Shown: in pieces, positions 38,631-47,317 of the stretch
Numbering within the stretch: position 1 is the first letter of the stretch
Layout of the letters: every line of letters begins with the position of its first letter
Source: a virus
Taxonomy: Duplodnaviria; Caudoviricetes
DNA: 56,446 nt
IMG/VR virus record: IMGVR_UViG_3300023179_000130
Location: 1 to 56,446 of that record
Direction: 5' to 3' (one strand)
Program-made: the position numbers and the translations under genes
The notes under the pieces: model-generated
The model's database searches: none
Told to the model about the DNA's origin: nothing
Seen by the model: only the letters and a program-made list of their open reading frames with translations

Positions 38631-38673
38631 AATCCAAACTCCTGTTTTTAGTTACGATACCTGTGATACTGTT

Positions 38674-38711
38674 ATTTTACACTAATCGGCAAGTTTGTCA
38701 AGGGGTCTTAA
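38674..38711 (-). promoter_or_regulatory. Interleaved sigma70 + sigma28-like promoter (rIIB)
   Basis: TTGACA-N16-TAAAAT with TTAAG-N16-GCCGAT. Confidence 0.7.
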
Positions 38712-38722
38712 GAAATTCCTGA

Positions 38723-41410
38723 CTACTTGATCAAACTACTCAACTGGATCTTAAATAGGTCAATACTCTCCTGACTCATTTGCTCAACCCAATCCTTACC
38801 TAGCTTTCCATAATAAGAATTACGATCTTCAAGAATAGGATTTTGGCTGGGCTTAAGGTCTGTTAGATTACCACTAACTTGATGAGTTCCCATAATATAC
38901 TTTAGCATAGGATTCTTATCTACTTCAGTCTTAATCTTTTCCCTAATCTCAGGGATCTTCCACTTCTTAAAATCTTCTGTAGAAGTTCCACGAATAATCT
39001 TCAAAAAACTCTCTGCTTTATCACTATTGATACCTGTATACAAACGATTAGTAATCATGTGAGTCAAGGTATTGTAAGCCAAATTAGCATTACGAATCTC
39101 CTTACCATCAATATTCTCAATCCCAACTTCTTTCATAAGCTTAGAAATATGAGATAGATACTCTGTTTGATTGAACTTGGTGATATTAAAAGTACTAATG
39201 TGAACAGTATTAGCAAAGAACTCTGTAAGCATTGTTTTATTCAAGCAATCAACAAGAGTCTTATTGCTAATAAACTTATCATAATCTAGACCAAAGATAT
39301 TCAGCATGTGGAACATAAACTGCTTATCAGTTGTTCCATAGTTGTAATATCTATAACCATTACGATTACTTGTTTCTTCTTTAGTAAAATCTATCTTACA
39401 ACTTTCAATGAGTTTATTAATGGAAGACAGATTCTTAAAGTGCTTGTTTGCAACAATCTTAAATTGACGCTTCAAGAAATCATTGAAGTTAATAAGATTG
39501 TACCCATCCTTCTCAAGCTTTTTAACGAAAGCTGTTTTGATAGCATAAATCTTACTATCTCCAACCAAGTCTTTGACTATGCTCTTGAGAGTTTCGTCTC
39601 TAAGAGTAATTGCAATGTCATTAATTTGAGGATAGCCAGATTCAGGCTCGGTCTTATAACGAAGCATAGGAACGTATACTATCTCATCTTGTTCCAGAAA
39701 ATCCTCTAGTTGTTCTTCTGAAAGGATTCTCAAGGAAGTAGCATCATTGTAAGGATTAGTAATCTGCTTGCTATCCTTATCATAACCGTGAATAAAGAAT
39801 ACATCTTGATCGCTGACACTACCATTAGAATTTCTAGTATAAGACTTTCTTGGGCCAGAACTTTGAGTAAGATGCTTATAATCTGAAACCTTGAGCAGAT
39901 TTTCAGGTCCAACATCTTCGATCAGTTGATCAAAACCTTCCTGACTCTTAGAGTAGTCCTTAGTGTCTAGGAGCATATAGGCAAAACAATCGTTTTGATT
40001 GCAATATTTTGTAACGATTTTTTTAGCCGTTTCTTCACCTTTAATGTCACAGACAAAGAAACTTATCTTACCTATCTTTTTAGAGTTATTCCAATAATAG
40101 GTTCCCTTTCCAGTAAGAGTATCATGGTGAATCTTATCTGTGAGTGCTACCAAACGACGAGAACGAAAACCAGCCGTCTTATAATTAAAAACGTACAGAC
40201 TTTTACCAGCAGGAATTTTATATTCCAAGTCATTCCCAGAGTTGATAGGATGATTTTTACCCTTGGAATCAGCCCAAGTAGCACCAACACCCCATCCTCC
40301 AGCCAATTCATTCATAGTATAATATGAAGTAATTGCCTCTACCTTAGTTTTAGCAGACTTAATCTTCTTCGAGAATTCTTCCTTCATCTCCATGTAAATT
40401 TCTTGAGTCTTTTTACGCAGGGTCTTGATTACATCTTTGGTATACTGAAGATTTTCTCGGCTTGCATCAATTTCCAATTCACCGATACCAAAGTCAAGTT
40501 CAAGATAAAGACCGGAATTGATTATTTCACTAACAAAACTTTTCCAAGAATCAATATCTGCTTTTTGAAAAGCTCTATTCCATTTTTGAATATGATCAGG
40601 CATTTCCTCCTTTTCCTGACCAACAATTTGTGCTGTTTCAGCCGGATATGCGATATTCCCCATGATAGCAATCACGCCACTATCAATCTTGTGGTAATTA
40701 TTTGGATAATAGCTATGGTCGCTGTTAACGCGACAAACTCTCCACCCATCACCGCTGATAATAATGTTGGTATTGCTGTACCTATGATCTTGAAGATTGG
40801 TTCCAATACCACCTTCAAGGATAGGTTTCATACGAAAATAATGGAAAATTCTCTTAGCTTTATCTGTAAACTCTTGAAAATCGTGTTGCTTAACTGCAAA
40901 CTGGATTTCAAGCCCATTAGGTTCAGAAGTGTCTGAAACACTGAACAGATTTAGAGAAGGAATACCATCAGCACCGATGGCAGCAACATAAGTATATTTT
41001 TTACCATTGAAATATGAAGATGTTGTGAAGCTCTTAGAATATGCGAATGGGCTTTTAGAACCCAAACCAAGACATCCCACAAAATCATTGCTGTTATTTT
41101 TGTTTGATGCACCATAGGTTGTGTACAGACTCTCCATGTCTGCTTTACTAAGACCAGTACCATAATCTCTCACCATAAAAATGGGATTAGCAGAGGTAGG
41201 TAGAGTTACCTTAAATGGATTCTTATTTCCTGCACTAATATGAGCATCCAAAGCGTTGGTGCTTAGTTCTCTAATAACTGCCATAACTTTATCTGAGTAC
41301 AAAGAATTACTCAAGATATGAAACATCTTTGATGATGTTTGAATAGAAAACTGACTAGTTGAAGCAATTCCCTTGTGATGCGTTTCAAAAGACTTATCCG
41401 CAAGAAGCAT
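38723..41410 (-). CDS. rIIA: rIIA-like protein (GHKL ATPase N-terminus)
   Basis: LYSDK..AVIREL..NA.DAH, VRDYGTGL, YG.S.K......G.LGLGSKSPF.Y, SRE.L.Y; adjacent to rIIB. Confidence 0.92.
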   Translation of the reverse strand: MLLADKSFETHHKGIASTSQFSIQTSSKMFHILSNSLYSDKVMAVIRELSTNALDAHISAGNKNPFKVTLPTSANPIFMVRDYGTGLSKADMESLYTTYGASNKNNSNDFVGCLGLGSKSPFAYSKSFTTSSYFNGKKYTYVAAIGADGIPSLNLFSVSDTSEPNGLEIQFAVKQHDFQEFTDKAKRIFHYFRMKPILEGGIGTNLQDHRYSNTNIIISGDGWRVCRVNSDHSYYPNNYHKIDSGVIAIMGNIAYPAETAQIVGQEKEEMPDHIQKWNRAFQKADIDSWKSFVSEIINSGLYLELDFGIGELEIDASRENLQYTKDVIKTLRKKTQEIYMEMKEEFSKKIKSAKTKVEAITSYYTMNELAGGWGVGATWADSKGKNHPINSGNDLEYKIPAGKSLYVFNYKTAGFRSRRLVALTDKIHHDTLTGKGTYYWNNSKKIGKISFFVCDIKGEETAKKIVTKYCNQNDCFAYMLLDTKDYSKSQEGFDQLIEDVGPENLLKVSDYKHLTQSSGPRKSYTRNSNGSVSDQDVFFIHGYDKDSKQITNPYNDATSLRILSEEQLEDFLEQDEIVYVPMLRYKTEPESGYPQINDIAITLRDETLKSIVKDLVGDSKIYAIKTAFVKKLEKDGYNLINFNDFLKRQFKIVANKHFKNLSSINKLIESCKIDFTKEETSNRNGYRYYNYGTTDKQFMFHMLNIFGLDYDKFISNKTLVDCLNKTMLTEFFANTVHISTFNITKFNQTEYLSHISKLMKEVGIENIDGKEIRNANLAYNTLTHMITNRLYTGINSDKAESFLKIIRGTSTEDFKKWKIPEIREKIKTEVDKNPMLKYIMGTHQVSGNLTDLKPSQNPILEDRNSYYGKLGKDWVEQMSQESIDLFKIQLSSLIK

Positions 41411-41455
41411 AAGTTATTCTCTCCAAATTTGTTTTTCTGTCTCTAAGATGTTCGT

Positions 41456-41491
41456 ATTCTACCATCGGCAGTGTCGCTTGTCAACCATTAG
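41456..41491 (-). promoter_or_regulatory. Interleaved sigma70 + sigma28-like promoter (rIIA)
   Basis: TTGACA-N17-TAGAAT with TAATG-N16-GCCGAT. Confidence 0.7.
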
Positions 41492-41582
41492 AAATGATTT
41501 TGTCTGCCTTGGCTAATTTTTTTTGCCCATAATGGTTAGCGATTTTAGTTGTCCCAAACTGTTTTAAAACCAATCGCTATAT

Positions 41583-41888
41583 CTAATAGTTTTCTTCATT
41601 TTCATTATTTTGATCATCAAATTCTTCAGCATCTTGGTCATCATAAGGACTCCATTCTGTATTATAGACATCTTCATTATCTTCCATTTGATCCTCTATT
41701 AATTCAGCGGCATCTATAATAACTTCTAATTCTTGAATTTTATTGAGTATCAAAGATATTTTTTGATCTAAAATTCTTATTGAGCGTTTAATCTCTTCAA
41801 TATTTTTTGTAGTTTTAGCATTTAGTGCTATATAATCTTTATGATTTTTTTGTATCTCTCTAAATATATCATTATATTCTTTTGACAT
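41583..41888 (-). CDS. Coiled-coil acidic hypothetical protein
   Basis: ORF track. Confidence 0.55.
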   Translation of the reverse strand: MSKEYNDIFREIQKNHKDYIALNAKTTKNIEEIKRSIRILDQKISLILNKIQELEVIIDAAELIEDQMEDNEDVYNTEWSPYDDQDAEEFDDQNNENEENY

Positions 41889-41894
41889 AATTGA

Positions 41895-42209
41895 TCACCA
41901 TTTTATATTTTTATAACCTTTTATATCCCCATTTTCTATGATCTTATTGTTTTCATAACTACTTGCAACCCTTCTATAAAATTCTTGCTTAATATTCTCT
42001 AATACACCAGTTATCATAGCAATTTTTTTATATGATGGTTCTTTCATTAAATTGCATATTATCTGAGAAAAAACATAATTAATACGGCCCAAATAAATAC
42101 TAAAATCATTAGGATCGTCTAAATGAGTCTTTATATCTTTAATACATTTGGTTATATTTTCTATAGCATCATATAACTGCTGTCTTTCATCCTCATTTAT
42201 ATATGGCAT
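41895..42209 (-). CDS. Hypothetical phage protein
   Basis: MPYI...G.INY...G.LE..KQEFYRR...YE..KI.ENGD pattern seen in many phages. Confidence 0.7.
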   Translation of the reverse strand: MPYINEDERQQLYDAIENITKCIKDIKTHLDDPNDFSIYLGRINYVFSQIICNLMKEPSYKKIAMITGVLENIKQEFYRRVASSYENNKIIENGDIKGYKNIKW

Positions 42210-42215
42210 AAATTA

Positions 42216-42740
42216 TTATTCCTCAATACATATACAATCATATTTAATACAATAGCAGCATAGTGGCCCAGGATTGTAATTTCCCCAAGCATTTGATGTG
42301 GAAATAAAACTTTCTTCACCAGTGTCTATACAAACTAATTTCTTAGTCTTTTGTCTATATACTAGACCAACATTATACCAATGGCAATCCCAAAAATTTA
42401 ATGTTGTTTTGTCATATATTTCTTCTACTAAAATTTGTATATTACGCACATTAGTTTTAGTATGATATACCGGCATAGCTTTTTCTGTTAAATATCCCCA
42501 ATTAGACTCACTATTATAGAGATAAGGATCTTTATGAGAAAAATTTAATTTGCAAATATCAGAAAAAATCTTAGGAGCAAGATTATATTTAGAAAGTTTG
42601 GTTTGATTTTTGTAAGATTCTATGGCTTTGGTTTTAGTATCAAATTCTTTAAATAATATACTGCTATTATTTTCAATAGAATATACTTGACAACTTCCTC
42701 CTTGGTCAAACCAATCAGTATTAATGAGGTACTTATTCAT
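42216..42740 (-). CDS. Minimal protein-kinase-like enzyme
   Basis: QGGSCQVY Gly loop, LFKEF Lys, DCHWYNVG catalytic loop, CIDTG. Confidence 0.65.
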   Translation of the reverse strand: MNKYLINTDWFDQGGSCQVYSIENNSSILFKEFDTKTKAIESYKNQTKLSKYNLAPKIFSDICKLNFSHKDPYLYNSESNWGYLTEKAMPVYHTKTNVRNIQILVEEIYDKTTLNFWDCHWYNVGLVYRQKTKKLVCIDTGEESFISTSNAWGNYNPGPLCCYCIKYDCICIEE

Positions 42741-42741
42741 T

Positions 42742-43059
42742 CTAATAAAATTGTATTTCTGGAATTTGTCCAGTAATATTATATATGAAATCTTTTACCT
42801 TATCTAAGGATTCAAAATTTCCTAAAAAAATAGTAGTACTTTGTTTATCATCTACATATCTTTTACCATATATTTGGTAAAATGGAATATCAAAAGCATT
42901 CCAATCATTAGATAAAAATTTTTCTATATCTTTAACCTGTTCTAAAATTATACCATTTTCATAATCATCATATTCTCTAACTGTAATAATTTCAAAAAAA
43001 TCAATGGGGGATTTAGGATGATTATTTTTAACCAATCCATTACAAATAATATTAGTCAT
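42742..43059 (-). CDS. Hypothetical protein
   Basis: ORF track. Confidence 0.55.
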   Translation of the reverse strand: MTNIICNGLVKNNHPKSPIDFFEIITVREYDDYENGIILEQVKDIEKFLSNDWNAFDIPFYQIYGKRYVDDKQSTTIFLGNFESLDKVKDFIYNITGQIPEIQFY

Positions 43060-43381
43060 TTTTTATACTATACAAACTGATAACCTTTTCTTGATTATCA
43101 TAAGGATTATTTTGCAGCCTAAGATCGTATAGTGATCCATCTTGTGTAATTTTGCCATATGCTACTGGCTCAGTATTCATAATACTATCTAATTTGGTTT
43201 TATTTTTACGCAATCTTTTAAGTTCATCTTTGGCATTATTTACCCAAAAACGATCTGCTCCAGAAGCCCAAGCAAAATCAATTATAGTATCTAGAGGATT
43301 TGCATTTTTATCCATATAATCTGCCAGTTCTATAAAAGTCCTTCGTATACTATCTTCCCAATTTTCATATTCTTCTATCAT
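43052..43381 (-). CDS. Hypothetical protein
   Basis: ORF track, overlapping operon arrangement. Confidence 0.55.
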   Translation of the reverse strand: MIEEYENWEDSIRRTFIELADYMDKNANPLDTIIDFAWASGADRFWVNNAKDELKRLRKNKTKLDSIMNTEPVAYGKITQDGSLYDLRLQNNPYDNQEKVISLYSIKND

Positions 43382-43604
43382 TCTCTATCTTTGCTACTTT
43401 TTCTTCTAAAATGCTCACTCTTTCATAAATATCACGATTAGCCAATGGATTCAAATCTTTTACTGGAGTTTTACCATCGCCAATCCTAGTATCCCATATT
43501 TGACATTCTGCATCTTTTTCATATAAGACAACTTCTCCAATCCTAGGAATATAAGATGAATTATTTCTAGCTTTTCCAATACCAAAATATGCATTCATAT
43601 TCAA
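43365..43604 (-). CDS. Hypothetical protein
   Basis: ORF track. Confidence 0.5.
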   Translation of the reverse strand: MNMNAYFGIGKARNNSSYIPRIGEVVLYEKDAECQIWDTRIGDGKTPVKDLNPLANRDIYERVSILEEKVAKIENDRRI

Positions 43605-43816
43605 ACAAATCCTATACGAGTTTTCTCACTAAGAGTAACTTCAATTTCATTTTCATGAAACCACTTGCTATCATGAGAGCGACCATTCCACCAGCTACAT
43701 TCGTAGGTTACATGATTATTACCGCGAATACACACAGCACTAATAATTCCAAATACATCATCCGCCAACTTAACTTTGCTACCAACCTTAAAAACTTCTA
43801 GAGAATTTTTAGTCAT
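43601..43816 (-). CDS. YodC/DUF2158-like small beta protein
   Basis: FKVGSKV.L...YEC.WW......F.E.E, C-terminal IGF. Confidence 0.55.
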   Translation of the reverse strand: MTKNSLEVFKVGSKVKLADDVFGIISAVCIRGNNHVTYECSWWNGRSHDSKWFHENEIEVTLSEKTRIGFV

Positions 43817-44030
43817 ATATTTCCTTTTTAGGTGTTAATTCAGCCTCTTCTGAGGCATCATAATATCCAGTATCATATCCTTGTTTATGACCCACAGTAT
43901 AAGCTGCCATCAACCATTTAATTATATCGTCTGTTCGTTCTTGTTCAACTGCAACTTTTACGTCATCCAACATTCGGTCTATTCTTGGGCCGAATCCTTC
44001 GTCTTGATTTATCCATTTGTCGAATGTCAT
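43809..44030 (-). CDS. Hypothetical protein
   Basis: AGGAG RBS and own sigma70 promoter. Confidence 0.6.
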   Translation of the reverse strand: MTFDKWINQDEGFGPRIDRMLDDVKVAVEQERTDDIIKWLMAAYTVGHKQGYDTGYYDASEEAELTPKKEIYD

Positions 44031-44056
44031 AAGATTTTATCTCCTGCAAACGCTTT

Positions 44057-44096
44057 GGTGTACTGCTATTATAGCCTCTACCTATTAAGGAGTCAA
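44057..44096. promoter_or_regulatory. Face-to-face promoters: minus-strand sigma70 and plus-strand GGTGTA motif
   Basis: Minus TTGACT(44091-96)-N17-TATAAT(44068-73); plus GGTGTA(44057-62)...ATAG, then AAGGAG RBS of the HNH gene. Confidence 0.6.
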
Positions 44097-44098
44097 CT

Positions 44099-44554
44099 AT
44101 GGAAAGACATAAATATTCAGTCGATGATTTAAAAAATGCTGTTAAAAATTCTCGTTCTATAGCTCAGGTTTTAGATAAGCTTGGTATTGTTCCAGCAGGA
44201 GGGAATTATCAAACGGTTAAAAGAAGAATAGCTAAATATAATATTGATACTTCTCACTTCGGAGGACAATCTTGGAATAAAGGACAAATTACTGGCCCTA
44301 AAAAACCTATTAACTTTTATCTCACTAAAAATTCTGTTGTTCAGAGTTTTAAACTCAAGAAACGATTGTTATCTGAGAATATTTTTCAGCATAAGTGTTG
44401 TGAGTGTCATAAAACTAAATGGCTAAATCATCCTATTCCTTTAGAATTGCACCATATTGATGGGGATCATTACAATAATGAACTATCAAATTTAACTTTA
44501 CTTTGTCCTAACTGTCATGCTTTAACTGATAATTATCGTGGGAAAAATAAGTAG
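44099..44554 (+). CDS. Free-standing HNH homing endonuclease
   Basis: HTH-like N-terminus, CCEC, LELHHIDGD..NN..SNL.LLCPNCHA.T; stop codon overlaps the tRNA 3' end. Confidence 0.9.
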   Translation: MERHKYSVDDLKNAVKNSRSIAQVLDKLGIVPAGGNYQTVKRRIAKYNIDTSHFGGQSWNKGQITGPKKPINFYLTKNSVVQSFKLKKRLLSENIFQHKCCECHKTKWLNHPIPLELHHIDGDHYNNELSNLTLLCPNCHALTDNYRGKNK

Positions 44555-44832
44555 GAGCAGAGGGGATCGAACCCTCACTGTATGGATTTTCGTACTACTA
44601 TAACTTTCGTTACCATTGCTGTTTGTAGTCTGGACTTTACCTTAACCATAGTTTTCACTTTAGGTTCCTGCCGTCAAGTCTCTACACCTTCATAATATTT
44701 CTATTAAGCTTGGCTCGGTATTAGCAGTTAAGCCTTCACCGACTTTGACAGGTTCTACATTAAAGATTTCTCCTTATGCACTCAATTTAACGAAAAAAGT
44801 CCACTGCCTCTGCCTAATTGGGCTATGCTCCC
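44552..44832 (-). tRNA. trnL: tRNA-Leu(UAA), intron-containing (exons 44832-44797 and 44590-44552)
   Basis: Spliced: GGGAGCATAGCCCAATTAGGCAGAGGCAGTGGACTT/AAAATCCATACAGTGAGGGTTCGATCCCCTCTGCTCCTA; 7-nt loop CTTAAAA, short variable loop, no encoded CCA. Confidence 0.92.
44591..44796 (-). mobile_element. Group I self-splicing intron (206 nt, no ORF) in the anticodon
   Basis: P1 ACTT/GAGT with U.G at the splice site, P3 CCTGTC/GGCAGG, P4 GTCGGTG/TACCGA, P7 GAGACT/AGTCC, GAAA tetraloops, terminal G; inserted after U34 as in cyanobacterial/plastid trnL(UAA) introns. Confidence 0.92.
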
Positions 44833-44837
44833 GTATA

Positions 44838-44920
44838 CTTCCGAACTACATATCATAACGATTGATTAGATGTTTGTCTATGTTGTCTCTATCAATATTT
44901 ATGAATAATGTAGTTGGAAG
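44838..44920 (-). other. Long imperfect hairpin in the tRNA leader
   Basis: CTTCC.AACTACA/TGTAGTT.GGAAG, TCATAA/TTATGA and ATTGAT/ATCAAT nested stems. Confidence 0.6.
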
Positions 44921-44935
44921 CATTTGGTTTTAAAA

Positions 44936-45220
44936 TCAATTGTTAGAATGAGCATTTTTAAGACGACGAACAATATCTGCCATAGCCTCAATATTGTCAA
45001 CAGTCTTAACTGGCTTTGCTCTTTCCATAGCGGGAAGTTCCTCACCCTTCTTAGCAAGGTCTGCCTTTACGCGAGCATATCGAGCCATCGTACTGGCAAT
45101 CTTCTGACCAGTTTTATTCGCAATCTCAGCATAAGTTTTGCTGCTAAAAACTGCCTCAAGAAACTTTTCATCACTGCAACGAACACGCTTCTGCTTTTCG
45201 CTAGTAGTAACTTCAGCCAT
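44936..45220 (-). CDS. Small basic HTH-like protein
   Basis: GGAGG RBS; TYAEIANKTG segment; all four Leu codons are CTT. Confidence 0.65.
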   Translation of the reverse strand: MAEVTTSEKQKRVRCSDEKFLEAVFSSKTYAEIANKTGQKIASTMARYARVKADLAKKGEELPAMERAKPVKTVDNIEAMADIVRRLKNAHSNN

Positions 45221-45301
45221 AATCAACCTCCAAATTCTTTGTCAAAATTGCAATCGTGAACTCAACCTAACTGATTGATCAGATCCACGATTCACTCTTT
45301 C

Positions 45302-45343
45302 ATTCTACAATACTGTATCGGCTCTGTCAATGGGTGTTCTTGA
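45302..45343 (-). promoter_or_regulatory. Interleaved sigma70 + sigma28-like promoter (HTH gene / tRNA-Leu unit)
   Basis: TTGACA-N17-TAGAAT with TCAAG-N16-GCCGATA. Confidence 0.72.
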
Positions 45344-45380
45344 AAATTTCTAGATTTCAAGAATTATTATTGTCTAAATT

Positions 45381-45572
45381 TTACTTAGTGTCTTTATTTG
45401 GTAACACTATAGCTAATAATAGATAAATCCAAAAAAGTAAAGTTCCACTAAATAAAGTTCCTATTATAAATAGTATTCTTAGTAAAGAAACATCTATAGA
45501 AGTATAATCAGATAATCCTGAACAAACACCAAATAAAACCCTATTATATTGATCTTTATATAAGTTTTTCAT
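45381..45572 (-). CDS. pspC: PspC-domain membrane protein
   Basis: LYK....RVLFGVCSGL.DY..ID..LLRI...YLLLAIVLP. Confidence 0.88.
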   Translation of the reverse strand: MKNLYKDQYNRVLFGVCSGLSDYTSIDVSLLRILFIIGTLFSGTLLFWIYLLLAIVLPNKDTK

Positions 45573-45653
45573 ATGTTGAATTTTCTATTAAAGAATTAAT
45601 ATTAGATATTGGATATCCTAAAATTAGATATACATAGTATGTATTGTTTTTTA

Positions 45654-45938
45654 TCATATAAGATTAATTTTGAGTATAAAATATCCTTCTTCTTCTGTTT
45701 CTATGATTTGAATCATAGATATTTTACCTTTACCTAAAAAAGAATCTCCTACCATCAAATGAACACCACCATCTAAATGAGCAGATGTAATGTATGATGT
45801 GTCAAATTGACAACCAAATTTAGCCCAATTTGTATATCCTTCAAGTAAATATTCTTTTTCACCAATTTGAGTAATAATTCTAGTATTTAGATTATTTTTA
45901 AGCTGTGCATATCGAACCATTAACTGACTCACTAACAA
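45654..45938 (-). CDS. Hypothetical protein
   Basis: ORF track; start uncertain. Confidence 0.5.
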   Translation of the reverse strand: MLVSQLMVRYAQLKNNLNTRIITQIGEKEYLLEGYTNWAKFGCQFDTSYITSAHLDGGVHLMVGDSFLGKGKISMIQIIETEEEGYFILKINLI

Positions 45939-46143
45939 AATGATAGCCTTCTTTATTTAGAGACGTTAAACTATTAAGAACGTCTTTTAGTTTTTCGTTT
46001 TCTATTTCTAATTTTAGAATAATATCTTCAGCTTGATTTAGTGCTTTATATAGTTGCTTAACCTTAAAAGCTAATTCATCAGCGATAAATTCGTTAGGAG
46101 TTTTTTTAACCATAAAAACCCTTTCTATATAAAATATAATCAA
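45898..46143 (-). CDS. Coiled-coil hypothetical protein
   Basis: ORF track (probable start MVKK near 46113); GGTGTA motif at 46160-46165. Confidence 0.5.
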   Translation of the reverse strand: MIIFYIERVFMVKKTPNEFIADELAFKVKQLYKALNQAEDIILKLEIENEKLKDVLNSLTSLNKEGYHFVSESVNGSICTA

Positions 46144-46165
46144 GACTAATACTATATATTACACC

Positions 46166-46447
46166 CTAATCTAGTTCTAAACTTGATAAAAATTTTTTTA
46201 GATCTTTTAATTGATTGTTATTCAATACTATTTGATCATTATAGGGTTTTTTATGAAAAATAATTTGATAACAATACCTTAATCTCTGCCATAATGACAT
46301 TTTATTACTATAATTTGTATAATTTTCAAATATCGCTAAATCCGCAATATTAATTGTATGATCATATTCAATAACTAAAATTTCACTTCTACAATCACAA
46401 GGAATGAATAATGTCTTATTTTCTTTTAGATTTGTTATGCTTCCCAC
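46166..46447 (-). CDS. Hypothetical protein
   Basis: C.C..E...W.RL pattern; GTG start. Confidence 0.55.
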   Translation of the reverse strand: MGSITNLKENKTLFIPCDCRSEILVIEYDHTINIADLAIFENYTNYSNKMSLWQRLRYCYQIIFHKKPYNDQIVLNNNQLKDLKKFLSSLELD

Positions 46448-46535
46448 GTTTAAAAATCCTATCGTAATTTTTAGCCCATGTTTGCTGATCTACAGTTTTG
46501 GGCCTGGGTTTAGAACCTTTGCCATTTTGACTCAT
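46416..46535 (-). CDS. Small basic phage peptide (39 aa)
   Basis: MSQNGKGSKPRP...WAKNYDRIF; GAGGA RBS; below ORF-track cutoff. Confidence 0.55.
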   Translation of the reverse strand: MSQNGKGSKPRPKTVDQQTWAKNYDRIFKRGKHNKSKRK

Positions 46536-46538
46536 TAT

Positions 46539-47237
46539 TTAATCCTCAAGCACAAATGACCAGTATCGACTATCTTCTTTCTTTTGAAGATCATCCCAAT
46601 AAATCGAGCGGGCGATATAAGATGGAACCTTGAGTTTGCCACAATTAATCATCCAATGACGCTCCATCTTCTTATAAATGGATGATCCCAACTTACTTTT
46701 ATTATACTTTAGAGACTCAACATCGTAAAGCCGAAGTTGATGTATATCTCCACACAATACTCTAGCCTCATTAGGATGAATCATCTCCAGAGCAAAACTA
46801 ATCTTTGCCAAACCAATACCACTAATTTTATTCAAGATACTATCTCGTTTCTTGACATGGTACTTTTTAGTGGTAAAATAAAAGTCTTTAGGATTAGCCC
46901 AAAACTTGGTGCTAAAATCCCAAATATAATTCGTACGATTATTGTGTAGTCCTACGCCGCTCTTGTGGAGTTTTGTCAAAAGAATTTCTTTGCTATCCAC
47001 CCACTCACTAAAATTCTTGATAGCATTATATCCCTTGACATTGCCCTGCCAAGTGGTATGGACGCTGCAAAAAGCAAAGAGATAACGACGAAAAATATCT
47101 TCATCAGTCTTGGGACTAACACTCTCCCAATAGTCTTTATAGGCAACTACCTTATCCTTGGGAAAATTCTTAAAAAACTCGTCAGCCTTACTTGTATTCA
47201 TAACAATAGGTTTTTTCTCAACAACTGCTTCAGTCAT
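46539..47237 (-). CDS. HhH DNA glycosylase (Ogg-like)
   Basis: ISGIGLAKISFAL HhH and LCGDIHQLR catalytic Asp region; GGAG RBS before ATG 47237. Confidence 0.75.
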   Translation of the reverse strand: MTEAVVEKKPIVMNTSKADEFFKNFPKDKVVAYKDYWESVSPKTDEDIFRRYLFAFCSVHTTWQGNVKGYNAIKNFSEWVDSKEILLTKLHKSGVGLHNNRTNYIWDFSTKFWANPKDFYFTTKKYHVKKRDSILNKISGIGLAKISFALEMIHPNEARVLCGDIHQLRLYDVESLKYNKSKLGSSIYKKMERHWMINCGKLKVPSYIARSIYWDDLQKKEDSRYWSFVLED

Positions 47238-47274
47238 ATCTTCTCCAAAATTTGTTTCCAATGGTTATGCTAAC

Positions 47275-47317
47275 ATTCTATACTACTGGTATCGGTTTGT
47301 CAAGTGTCGTTTCTTTA
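47275..47317 (-). promoter_or_regulatory. Interleaved sigma70 + sigma28-like promoter (glycosylase)
   Basis: TTGACA-N17-TAGAAT with TAAAG-N16-ACCGATA. Confidence 0.72.

Noticed and set aside
44552-44590. Short variable loop in tRNA-Leu as a novelty
   Set aside because: Short-arm tRNA-Leu(UAA) genes already occur in some bacteria and phages
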